From the sequence record DRR723986_28680: a stretch of DNA of 48,958 bases. The stretch is one strand, 5' to 3'. Position numbers and translations under genes: made by a program. Below the pieces are notes generated by a model that had not been told where the DNA came from, searched no databases, and worked only from the letters and a program-made list of their open reading frames with translations. Positions 18,565 to 27,790 of this stretch are shown here, in pieces. How positions within the stretch are numbered: the first letter of the stretch is position 1; each line of letters starts with the position of its first letter.

Positions 18565-19482
18565 ATGAATTATTATTTCAAATTGCAGTATCGCAGGTTA
18601 TTGCGAACAAGCTCTGAAAATGGGTCAAATTTCTATTTGGGTTTATTGATTATCTGCACGCTTTTCGGGATAGGCTCTATTGCATTGTTTCACTATTTCG
18701 ACTGGGCAGCAATTCCTTATTTGTTGATTCAGTTCGTGTTATTAAATACTTTTGGAAGTCCAAGAAACAACAGCATTTTACGATTGCTTTTTGACACAAA
18801 AACTCATTTTAAAATACGACTTATAGAAAATTTCATTTTCTCCACGCCCTTCATCATTTTTTTAATTATTTTCAATGAACCAGTCTATGCATCTCTTTCA
18901 TTTACAGGTCCTTTAATTTTTAGTCTATCAAAAGGTCTTACTTTGCAAACCCTGACTCTCCCTACTCCATTCCCTAAAAATCCATTCGAATTCACAACTG
19001 GTTTTCGATTGAACTGGTTGGCAATTGTAATGATAACATGTGTCTCAATCATTTCTATTTACGTAGACAATGTAAATCTAGGAATCGTATCCGTTTTCCT
19101 CAGCAACCTAGTATGTATGCGCATGTACGCCAAGCATGAGCCCCTTGAAATTTTGTGGCTCAGCTCTGAAAAGCCACCTACATTCTTATGGAAAAAAGCT
19201 AAGACTGGGCTTGCCCAATCACTCGTATTGACACTTCCTTTTGCAATTGTGCTCTTTTATTTTTATCCCGAAATGTGGTTCATTATTGTCATAGCTGAAA
19301 TACTCGGACTTTTATACATTATAACTAGTTTACTATCAAAATATGCCTTTTATCCTGACGAAAATAACTTGACCGGTGGCTTTTTAACTGCATTTAGTAT
19401 CCTTTTACCACCAGCCCTTATCATTACCTTACCCTATTTATATAGCTCAGCAAAATCTAATCTCAAAAGTATTCTTCAATGA
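18565..19482 (+). CDS. Putative ABC transporter permease
   Basis: About 8-9 TM segments; ATGA overlap with the ABC ATPase. Confidence 0.7.
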   Translation: MNYYFKLQYRRLLRTSSENGSNFYLGLLIICTLFGIGSIALFHYFDWAAIPYLLIQFVLLNTFGSPRNNSILRLLFDTKTHFKIRLIENFIFSTPFIIFLIIFNEPVYASLSFTGPLIFSLSKGLTLQTLTLPTPFPKNPFEFTTGFRLNWLAIVMITCVSIISIYVDNVNLGIVSVFLSNLVCMRMYAKHEPLEILWLSSEKPPTFLWKKAKTGLAQSLVLTLPFAIVLFYFYPEMWFIIVIAEILGLLYIITSLLSKYAFYPDENNLTGGFLTAFSILLPPALIITLPYLYSSAKSNLKSILQ

Positions 19483-20156
19483 TCAAAGTAGAGAATTTAC
19501 GCAAACAGTTTGGTCAACTTGATGTACTAAAAGGAATTAACCTAGAATTAAAACCAGGAATGATTACGGCAATTGTGGGTGAAAATGGCGCTGGAAAGTC
19601 AACGCTTTTTAAATGCATTGCAGGCTTAGAAAGTTATAAGGGTACTATTGATTCAAACTATGAACCGTTGAAGAATTACATTGGATTTTTGCCCACAAAT
19701 CCTCAATTTCTATCAAAAATCACGGCCAAAGAATACTTACATTTGGTGTGCAATGCCCGTAAAGTAACACCCCCAGATTTTGAAGAACGTAACATTTTCA
19801 ATCTTCCTCTCAATCGTTATGCAGATGATTTCTCAACCGGGATGAAAAAGAAATTAGCTTTAACCGGAGTTCTACATTTGAAAAATGAGGTATTCCTCTT
19901 AGATGAGCCATTTAATGGAGTGGACATTCAAAGCAACATCTTATTTAACGAAATTCTTAAAACTTTAAAAAAACAGGGCAAAACCATCATTCTTTCTTCG
20001 CATATCTTTTCTGCAATACACGAAGTGTGTGATTATATTTATTATTTAGAAGATGGAAAAATCGCAAAACAAGGCAACAGAGATACATTTATGCAAATTG
20101 AAGATGAAATCAAACAAAAAGCAATAAAGGATAAATTGGAGGGGTTCTTTGATTAA
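19479..20156 (+). CDS. ABC transporter ATP-binding protein
   Basis: Walker A GENGAGKS, signature FSTGMKKK, Walker B FLLDEP, SSH. Confidence 0.93.
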   Translation: MIKVENLRKQFGQLDVLKGINLELKPGMITAIVGENGAGKSTLFKCIAGLESYKGTIDSNYEPLKNYIGFLPTNPQFLSKITAKEYLHLVCNARKVTPPDFEERNIFNLPLNRYADDFSTGMKKKLALTGVLHLKNEVFLLDEPFNGVDIQSNILFNEILKTLKKQGKTIILSSHIFSAIHEVCDYIYYLEDGKIAKQGNRDTFMQIEDEIKQKAIKDKLEGFFD

Positions 20157-20158
20157 TC

Positions 20159-22108
20159 CTAACCATCCAATCTACCAAAATTCTTGAAGATGATTTTCAA
20201 ATCCATCAAATAAGAATGGTTCTTGGCGTAAATTAGATTTAATCGAGAGATACCATCATCATCCAATTGATTGTTAGGCACCATCATTACAGATGAAAGA
20301 ATGCCTCTTTTAATATTGGGTAAACGCAAATTAGAGGAGTGGTGAATTTTAGCGTATCCCACAAAACTCTTTTTTCCAAATAAAATCCCAAACAGGTTTT
20401 TCAGAAATTGACCTTTAGATTTGTATCCCCAAATCAGTAGTGGAGATAATACAATCAATAAAAAAGACAATAAGATATCTATCAATCGTTTGTTCCGTCT
20501 ATTAGCGGGTTTGTTGATGCGATTGATATCCATCACATACAAATCACCTTGCGAATCAATAGAATTAGATCCGATCAAAAACGAAGTTTCTGGCTGAGCT
20601 ATTTTAAAATCAATATGCCCATCTTCTAGTTGCAACATTTTGGTAATGATTTCAGCAGCAGTAATGTTTTTTGCGCAAAATATCACCTCATCTATTTTAT
20701 GAATGGCTATGGCCTGATCCAATTGAGATAAGGTTCCAATAAATTTTTCATCAGAACTTTCTTCAGTTGGCGACAAAAATTGAACCGACTGAATTTTACT
20801 GTTGGTTTGTTGTAAAATTTGATTCACCCTTTCCGCTTCATCAGCATCTCCTACAATTACAAATCGTTTGTTCTTTGCTCCTCCAATTCTGTAATCTCCA
20901 CCCAATAGTGCATGAAATATAAGTCGTGATCCTACATAATACAAGGCAATAAACCCTCCGCCTAGCAAAATTATCAATCTTGAAAACTGTAAATCTTTAC
21001 TCAGCAAGGCGTAAATCATTAAAATGACTGCTGTCCCTACAATTGATCCTAACACATTTTTTATAAGACGAATCGGTTTATCATATCCACCTACAAAGAG
21101 TTGACTTAAGACCCAAATCAGACCGTAAATTGGTAAGGCCCAAATCAGTAATTCCTCTGGTATTGACTTTTGCTCTACTTGCTGATATTTCATAGCAATC
21201 AAAAACAGACTCAGTACAATAACAACAATATCGATAATTGGAATAATGGCTTTTTTAACGAATCGGCTCATGAGCGCCATACCTGCTCTGAAATAAATGG
21301 CCATATTAATCAAGAACGAATAGGCTTTTGCGTTCTTCTCAGAAAAGTGCTTTTTCGCAAAAATGATCATGGCATTGTAAAACACAAATACATAGTTCAC
21401 ACTACTCTTCTTGGTGCTTTCGCCTTTGTAATGTATGATTCTGGTATCCGGATAATAATAGTTCTTATAACCTCCCAAAACAATACGATAACTCAAATCG
21501 ATATCCTCACCGTACATGAAAAAATCTTCGTCTAAAAGCCCAACTTTATCCAATGCATCTTTTCGCATCAGCATAAAGGCCCCAGAAAGAATTTCAATTT
21601 CATGCGTTTGATTCATGTCTAAAAAAGACAGATGATAACGTCCGAACTTCTTAGAGCGTGGAAATAATCGGGACAATCCAAAAATCTTATAAAAGGCATC
21701 TTTTGGAGTAGGCAAGCCCCTCTTTGACTCCGGTAAAAAATTACCCTTGCCGTCAATCATCTTAACTCCTAAACCTCCTGCATCAGGATGCGCATCCATG
21801 AAATCGACCACTTTTTTAAAGGTATCTTCTTCTACAATTGTATCGGGATTCAACAATAAGTGATAAGTACCTTTGGCAATTCTTAAAGCTTGATTGTTCG
21901 CTCTTGAGAATCCGACATTATCCTTATTAGCAATTAATTGAACATCCGGAAATTTCTTTCTCACCATATCCAATGAACCGTCAATAGAGTTGTTATCTAC
22001 AACAAAAACTTCCCCATCAACATGCTTTAATGCAGTATACACTGAATTCAGGCATTGCTCTAAAAAGAACTCTACATTATAATTAACTATGATGACAGAA
22101 AGTTGCAT
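20159..22108 (-). CDS. GT2 glycosyltransferase fused to a membrane and degenerate sugar-transferase (WcaJ/WbaP-like) C-terminal region
   Basis: LSVIIVNYN, VVDNNSIDGS, LLNPD, SGAFML, FMYGEDID; 4-5 TM helices; KRLIDILLS, SFVG, DLKII. Confidence 0.85.
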   Translation of the reverse strand: MQLSVIIVNYNVEFFLEQCLNSVYTALKHVDGEVFVVDNNSIDGSLDMVRKKFPDVQLIANKDNVGFSRANNQALRIAKGTYHLLLNPDTIVEEDTFKKVVDFMDAHPDAGGLGVKMIDGKGNFLPESKRGLPTPKDAFYKIFGLSRLFPRSKKFGRYHLSFLDMNQTHEIEILSGAFMLMRKDALDKVGLLDEDFFMYGEDIDLSYRIVLGGYKNYYYPDTRIIHYKGESTKKSSVNYVFVFYNAMIIFAKKHFSEKNAKAYSFLINMAIYFRAGMALMSRFVKKAIIPIIDIVVIVLSLFLIAMKYQQVEQKSIPEELLIWALPIYGLIWVLSQLFVGGYDKPIRLIKNVLGSIVGTAVILMIYALLSKDLQFSRLIILLGGGFIALYYVGSRLIFHALLGGDYRIGGAKNKRFVIVGDADEAERVNQILQQTNSKIQSVQFLSPTEESSDEKFIGTLSQLDQAIAIHKIDEVIFCAKNITAAEIITKMLQLEDGHIDFKIAQPETSFLIGSNSIDSQGDLYVMDINRINKPANRRNKRLIDILLSFLLIVLSPLLIWGYKSKGQFLKNLFGILFGKKSFVGYAKIHHSSNLRLPNIKRGILSSVMMVPNNQLDDDGISRLNLIYAKNHSYLMDLKIIFKNFGRLDG

Positions 22109-22113
22109 TCAGC

Positions 22114-23400
22114 CTACTTTTCAAGCATACTTTGATTAATCAATGCAGTATGCGCGGTAATTTGGTTATTGTGTAAACGTGTCCAAATAGGTCTTATTAC
22201 GCCATTGTGCACAGAAATGTTAGTGTAGTCACCAAAAAAGATCTTGGAATTAGGAACAAAGGGGGATTCACTGATTTTATAATTTGCAATGGTTTCTCCG
22301 CCATCCTTTGATACGGCAAGGTAAACATCCGTTTCCCTACCTTTATGCTCCCTTCGATCGTAAAAAACAAAATATAAATAACCATTGGTTTGGTCAATTG
22401 TCATCCAAGTTAAAAATTGGTGCCTCTCACTATTGTCAGTATTGACACGTTTAGGCTCAGACCATGTTTTTCCGCCATCTGTTGATTTCTTTAACCAAAT
22501 ATCCGTATTGTCTGTTCCGTTTCGTTGATCTGCCCAATTGACATATAGCGTCCCTCTGTGACCTGAATTACTTAAATCACATGCTGTAACAGGCAAACCA
22601 TTACATCTGTAAATTCCTGGAATATCTATCACCCATCCCACTGGTTGTGTACCAATGAATTGCTCCTTAGCCAACCAAGTTTTTCCTTCATCCAAAGAGG
22701 TATTGAACCATAAACTATCAGCTCTAGCCCAAACCACATAAATTTCGCCATTTGGCCCAACTGCTGGCACGGCTCCTTCTGCAGTTAAATCATTGTCTTT
22801 GCAATCACCTCCAACTGTAGATATCGTTACTGGATTTGACCAATTCAATCCCCCATCTTCTGTTTTAGAAAACAAAATGTGACTTTTATCCTCTGGTTTA
22901 TCCGAATCATAGGCGTCAAATTGCGTCCATGTCATATAAATATGATCGTTTTCAGGATTTAATGCCACCCATTGTTTATCGTGATATTTGCCGTTGGCTA
23001 TTGTGTGTCCTTGATATTTGAATTTACCTTTTAGTTTTTTAGAATATTGTGAGACCATCCCTCCTATCAAAGCTTCTCCATGAATATTCGACAAGTGAAA
23101 ATAATAATACCTTCCTTGATTATCAATCAACATGCAGGGGTCGCCGTTTACACCGTATTTTGATTTTATAGAACGTGACTTCCAAGTTTTTCCTGCGTCT
23201 GATGACCAATAGTAATCGTTCATTACCGTACCAGCTATGACCTCATTGGTGTTGTTTGGATTCACAAAAATGGATGGTTCCACCTGAGTATATGTATAAG
23301 TAGCTTTTTTAGGACGCGGCAAAGTGACATTGGTAATTTGACCAAAAGTTTCATTCATTAGCAAAACTGCCAAGCCTAGAATTAATAAGATTTGTTTCAT
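22114..23400 (-). CDS. Secreted BNR/Asp-box beta-propeller (sialidase-like) protein
   Basis: Signal peptide (FG-Q); five Asp boxes SSDAGKTW, TEDGGLNW, SLDEGKTW, STDGGKTW, SKDGGET. Confidence 0.85.
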   Translation of the reverse strand: MKQILLILGLAVLLMNETFGQITNVTLPRPKKATYTYTQVEPSIFVNPNNTNEVIAGTVMNDYYWSSDAGKTWKSRSIKSKYGVNGDPCMLIDNQGRYYYFHLSNIHGEALIGGMVSQYSKKLKGKFKYQGHTIANGKYHDKQWVALNPENDHIYMTWTQFDAYDSDKPEDKSHILFSKTEDGGLNWSNPVTISTVGGDCKDNDLTAEGAVPAVGPNGEIYVVWARADSLWFNTSLDEGKTWLAKEQFIGTQPVGWVIDIPGIYRCNGLPVTACDLSNSGHRGTLYVNWADQRNGTDNTDIWLKKSTDGGKTWSEPKRVNTDNSERHQFLTWMTIDQTNGYLYFVFYDRREHKGRETDVYLAVSKDGGETIANYKISESPFVPNSKIFFGDYTNISVHNGVIRPIWTRLHNNQITAHTALINQSMLEK

Positions 23401-23409
23401 TGAATTAAT

Positions 23410-26217
23410 TTAGAACGGATATCCAATTCCGAAATTTAAACGAAGCGGGTGTGGTTGAATATAGTCCACAATTTTGTTAGGATCTTCAGGATCTGTTTTG
23501 AAATAATTCTTGTAGTCGGCTTTCCCAGTCGTCCACCAACGTTCACCTTCTGGAAGATATGGGTTGTGTAATGACCATGCCAAATCAAGACGCACAATCA
23601 AAAACTCAAGGTCTACTCTTAACCCAAAACCTGTTCCTATAGCGACTTGTTTATAGAATGAATTGAATTGAAACACTCCCGGATCATTAGGTGTTAGTGG
23701 ATCCTGTTTAATTTTCCAAATATTACCCATATCCACAAACAAAGCTCCATGTAATAATTTAGAAAACTTAAATCGCCATTCGATATTCAACTCTAATTTC
23801 ATATCTCCAATCTGGGTGGTTGTAGCGTTCGAATCAGCATAGGTCTTTGTGCTTCCAGGTGCCATAGTTCTTGCACTAAAGGCTCTGATATCATTTGATC
23901 CTCCAGCAACGAAACTTTGCGTATACGGCAGGGAAATACCATTTCCATAAGCGTACCCCGCTCCTGCAATAAAACGATAAGCCATATTATGATTTCGATT
24001 CACCACCTGATTTACAGTAAAAGTATTTTCACCTTTGTAGAATTGTGCATAGGGGACATTAAATAAGCGCTTTCCATCTTCAGCAAACGATTCTACAAAT
24101 CCTAAAGAATCGTCAAATGCGGCTTCAAAAGTGTTGACAATTAAGCCGGCCGCAGACAAGTTAAAATTGTTGTCAAAGGTGTGAGGAGTTTTTCGCTCTG
24201 CCTTTTTCTTTTTCAAGTTATTATAATGATGTCCAAGATTTAGCACGCCTATTGATAAGAAATCACTGTATGAATTAATCAAGAAAGGGTCATTCGCTAA
24301 TTTAAGTCCAGCATCAAATACCGAATCTTTTTGAATTTCAACATAATTAAATCGTAAAGGAATCACCGTAAAAATTTGAGTTTGATTGGGTGATGAAAAC
24401 TTCCATTTGTAAGTAAGTTCTGCAATGTGACGTTTGAACTCAGATCTTTTTTGATAATTATAAAGTGTACTTATATCTGTAGAAGGAAACGAGCGTTTTG
24501 ACATCCCTTCTTGCATTTTTTTAGTAATGGGAAAGAACTTTTTTAAGCTATAGGTAATCTCCGGTCCCCATTCGAAGGTATTCAGTCCTCTTAAATTCAC
24601 CAGGTTTTCATCTGAATCTTCTCCTACAATCAATGGTTGAGATTGAAATCCTCCAGAAATATTAATTTTTATTGCATTCGCTCCTCTACTTAGATTCTTA
24701 TTGATATAAGTTATCCCTCCAGAAACTCCCAAAATACTATTGGTATTGGTAGCTCTCGGCTCTATCGTGAACTGTTGTTTTTTAGTTGGCGTAAGATCGT
24801 AATATACGTCTACCTGGCTACCTCTTGGATCATCCGGAGAAATTTCAACAGTCGGATTAATTCTGGAAAAAACATCCAATCGCAATAAACTTTTGTACGA
24901 ACGATCTATGTAATAATCTTTAGCGTAATGAACCTCTCTAAAACTACGGTTTGTATGCTCTAAAAAGTTTTGCTTGTCTAGCATGTATGGCTTCACATAT
25001 GGCGTTTCATTGTAAATAAAATAACCTTTGTAGTACAAATTAGTGTCGATATTTTTTTCAAATAGTTTAACACCTTTTCGTTTTCTATAATCTGGATTAA
25101 AATTGAAGAAATGCTTGGTGATTAAGGTATCTGAAATAAACAGGGTATCCAGTAAAGCATACCCCTCTTTTATTGAATAATAATCAATACCTAGATCGCG
25201 ACATCTTTGTTTATAAGCCTCAAAATCTTTAAAAGACAATGAATCTGGGTTATGCAATCTAAAGGTTACTTTATCTACTGTGTAGGGCTTGTGAGGCAAT
25301 ACCGTTGTTGAATCAATTCGCTTTTCTTTGATATAAATCACAAGATTTGCCTTGTAATCACCCACTGTAGTATCAACTACAAAATTGATATAGTTTTTAG
25401 TAAAACCGAAGTAAGCGTTGTCTTTTAAATATTTCGTGTAATGAGTTCTCTCTTTCTCCAAAACATCCTCATCTAAAAGGTTCCCTACTTTCAAATCGGT
25501 CCCTTCTTTTTTCTTCATTTTGTTGTACAATCCCAGCATGGACCTGTTTCTTTTGATATCATCAAACTTGATATCATTTATGATATAAGGCCTACCCGTT
25601 GTTACAAAGTACTTGACAGTCGCTTTTTGTTTTTTCTCATCAAATTCAATACTATCCTTTATCTGTGCATATTTGAATCCCTTTTGACTGAGATAAATAC
25701 TCATTTGTTTCTTAGATTTCGAAATCTTTGCGGTATCTAGGATAACAGGTGCCTCGCCCCAATTCGAAATTATCCAATGCCTCCAACCTAGGCTCAAAGA
25801 CTTTCTATTTTTGACTTTCTTCTTATAATGTGTCTTACCTTTTCTTCTTGCCTTTTCAATTCTTTTTTTGTTCTTTTTATCTTCTTTGGCCTTTTTCTTT
25901 GCGTTCTTTTTTTTAACCTTTTCAGTCTTTCTTTCTACCTGTTTTTTATAACGCGTACTATCTATTCTATTGTAGATAAATAATTTAAGCCCAGAATTTG
26001 GAGTTGGTCTGACATATTCAGACATGTCATACTCATCAATTAATTCATGTTTTGAAGCCCATTCTTTACTGTCGTCATCTTTATCTGTTACTTCAAACAA
26101 AATTTCGTTATCCTTGAGCAAATAATTGCCCTCACCAACATACTTCGCTTGACGGCAACTTGCAGAGAACAATGCCAAAAGTGCAATTAATAGATATGAT
26201 TGAAATTTAAGATTCAC
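23410..26217 (-). CDS. tamL: Omp85-family lipoprotein TamL
   Basis: Lipobox SASC, POTRA-like region, AGGSNDIRAF, FVDMGNIW, C-terminal NFGIGYPF; divergent from trmH. Confidence 0.85.
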   Translation of the reverse strand: MNLKFQSYLLIALLALFSASCRQAKYVGEGNYLLKDNEILFEVTDKDDDSKEWASKHELIDEYDMSEYVRPTPNSGLKLFIYNRIDSTRYKKQVERKTEKVKKKNAKKKAKEDKKNKKRIEKARRKGKTHYKKKVKNRKSLSLGWRHWIISNWGEAPVILDTAKISKSKKQMSIYLSQKGFKYAQIKDSIEFDEKKQKATVKYFVTTGRPYIINDIKFDDIKRNRSMLGLYNKMKKKEGTDLKVGNLLDEDVLEKERTHYTKYLKDNAYFGFTKNYINFVVDTTVGDYKANLVIYIKEKRIDSTTVLPHKPYTVDKVTFRLHNPDSLSFKDFEAYKQRCRDLGIDYYSIKEGYALLDTLFISDTLITKHFFNFNPDYRKRKGVKLFEKNIDTNLYYKGYFIYNETPYVKPYMLDKQNFLEHTNRSFREVHYAKDYYIDRSYKSLLRLDVFSRINPTVEISPDDPRGSQVDVYYDLTPTKKQQFTIEPRATNTNSILGVSGGITYINKNLSRGANAIKINISGGFQSQPLIVGEDSDENLVNLRGLNTFEWGPEITYSLKKFFPITKKMQEGMSKRSFPSTDISTLYNYQKRSEFKRHIAELTYKWKFSSPNQTQIFTVIPLRFNYVEIQKDSVFDAGLKLANDPFLINSYSDFLSIGVLNLGHHYNNLKKKKAERKTPHTFDNNFNLSAAGLIVNTFEAAFDDSLGFVESFAEDGKRLFNVPYAQFYKGENTFTVNQVVNRNHNMAYRFIAGAGYAYGNGISLPYTQSFVAGGSNDIRAFSARTMAPGSTKTYADSNATTTQIGDMKLELNIEWRFKFSKLLHGALFVDMGNIWKIKQDPLTPNDPGVFQFNSFYKQVAIGTGFGLRVDLEFLIVRLDLAWSLHNPYLPEGERWWTTGKADYKNYFKTDPEDPNKIVDYIQPHPLRLNFGIGYPF

Positions 26218-26225
26218 TAATTAAT

Positions 26226-26269
26226 TATCTTTGCTCAAATCCCAAAGGGAGTCTAACTTTACAAAAATA
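26226..26269. promoter_or_regulatory. Face-to-face -7 elements of trmH (+, TATCTTTG 26226-33) and tamL (-, TATTTTTG 26269-62)
   Basis: Two exact TAnnTTTG matches pointing at each other in a 64-nt intergenic region. Confidence 0.55.
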
Positions 26270-26281
26270 AACGAATAAGCC

Positions 26282-27025
26282 TTGTCTCTTTCAAAAAACG
26301 ATATAAAATTCATTCGCTCACTGCATCTGAAAAAATTCAGAGACCAAGAAGGCTTATTTATTGTTGAAGGAGTCAAACTTTTGAACGAACTTTTAGCGCA
26401 GGACAAATTTGAAATTCAGGATATTTATTGTTTGGAAAGCGTTGAACTAAACGAACTCAAAGGCGCAACAATTCACCTCATTTCTAATAAAGAGTTGGAA
26501 CGAATTTCAACTTTAAAAAGTCCAAATCAAGTACTAGCAGTTGTTAAACAAAACAACTCTAACAAAATAGATTTTGAAGCAGACGGTGCGCGAATAATTC
26601 TTAATTCAATTAATGATCCTGGGAATTTTGGAACAATTATACGCACGGCAGATTGGTTTGGAGTTCAACAAATTATTTGCTCTTCGAACTCTGTTGATCT
26701 TTACAATCCAAAGGTGATTCAATCTACCATGGGGGCAATTTTTCGAGTGGAAATAATATACACAGATATTATCCCCGCCCTTACTTTATTCAAAGAAAAA
26801 GACTTTGAACTTTTGTCAGCTGAGATGGTGGGTGAATCAATTTTTGAAAAGAATTTTCAAGCTAAAACTGTATTTGTCATGGGATCAGAATCTCATGGCG
26901 TAGATGAAGCAATTAGCAAAGTATGTGACAAAATCACGATTCCTGCATTCGGAAAAACAGAATCATTAAATGTAGGCATGGCTACCGGGATTATTCTATC
27001 GCATTACGCGAAAAACTGCCAATAA
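26282..27025 (+). CDS. TrmH/SpoU-family RNA methyltransferase
   Basis: FIVEG, NDPGNFGTIIRTADWFG, MGSESHGV, ESLNV. Confidence 0.92.
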   Translation: MSLSKNDIKFIRSLHLKKFRDQEGLFIVEGVKLLNELLAQDKFEIQDIYCLESVELNELKGATIHLISNKELERISTLKSPNQVLAVVKQNNSNKIDFEADGARIILNSINDPGNFGTIIRTADWFGVQQIICSSNSVDLYNPKVIQSTMGAIFRVEIIYTDIIPALTLFKEKDFELLSAEMVGESIFEKNFQAKTVFVMGSESHGVDEAISKVCDKITIPAFGKTESLNVGMATGIILSHYAKNCQ

Positions 27026-27112
27026 AAGCCAAAGGGTTTCAAATAATAAAACAACTCTCTTCATCAGTAAAATGCAAACGATTACACAAATACTTTCCAC
27101 TATTTTAGAGAT

Positions 27113-27790
27113 ATGAAAAGTTTTGTTATTGTTTTAATTAGCCTTTTAGCATGCAATGAGCCATCTGAAGAATTCAAACAAAATTTTGAAACTGAGCAAA
27201 ATCTAGAAATTTCAACCCCTGCAGACAGCATTGGTCCAGATAATTTTCCAGAGAACTGCGAGTTAATGACTACCATCTACAAAATAGACAGCTCCATGCA
27301 AGACAGTACCTTGATCTGCACAGAATACCTGTTTATTGACCAATCTAAAAGTAAGGTAGGTAAATGTTATTATCGTTTACCTTTTGAAATTGATGCCATT
27401 TCAGTCGATCTGCTCGAACGCTTAAAAAAAGAACAGTCAGTGGAAACGTTTGACCCAACCATTTGTGAAGTTGGAGGACACAGTGCGTACAATAAGTATC
27501 AATTTACTGACAAGGATAACGGCCACTATGAAGTACATCATTACAAAGCATGGTACGAAGATTACACAGTTGAAGGCGAACCGATAACACATGAACATCC
27601 CGAGTACTTCTTAGGCGAGAAAATTTCCATCACAGAAAGCAATCAATTTTTAAAATTATGTGCTTTAAATGCGAAAGGTGATATTATTGAGTCTATCGAG
27701 AATTTTTATAATGAAAACGGCATTTTAATACGCCAAAAATGGTTCAGTTATGGAACCACTCTTGTATCCCATTTTGTTTACAGTTATTAA
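27113..27790 (+). CDS. Hypothetical lipoprotein
   Basis: Short signal peptide with lipobox LLAC; acidic mature region. Confidence 0.7.
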   Translation: MKSFVIVLISLLACNEPSEEFKQNFETEQNLEISTPADSIGPDNFPENCELMTTIYKIDSSMQDSTLICTEYLFIDQSKSKVGKCYYRLPFEIDAISVDLLERLKKEQSVETFDPTICEVGGHSAYNKYQFTDKDNGHYEVHHYKAWYEDYTVEGEPITHEHPEYFLGEKISITESNQFLKLCALNAKGDIIESIENFYNENGILIRQKWFSYGTTLVSHFVYSY

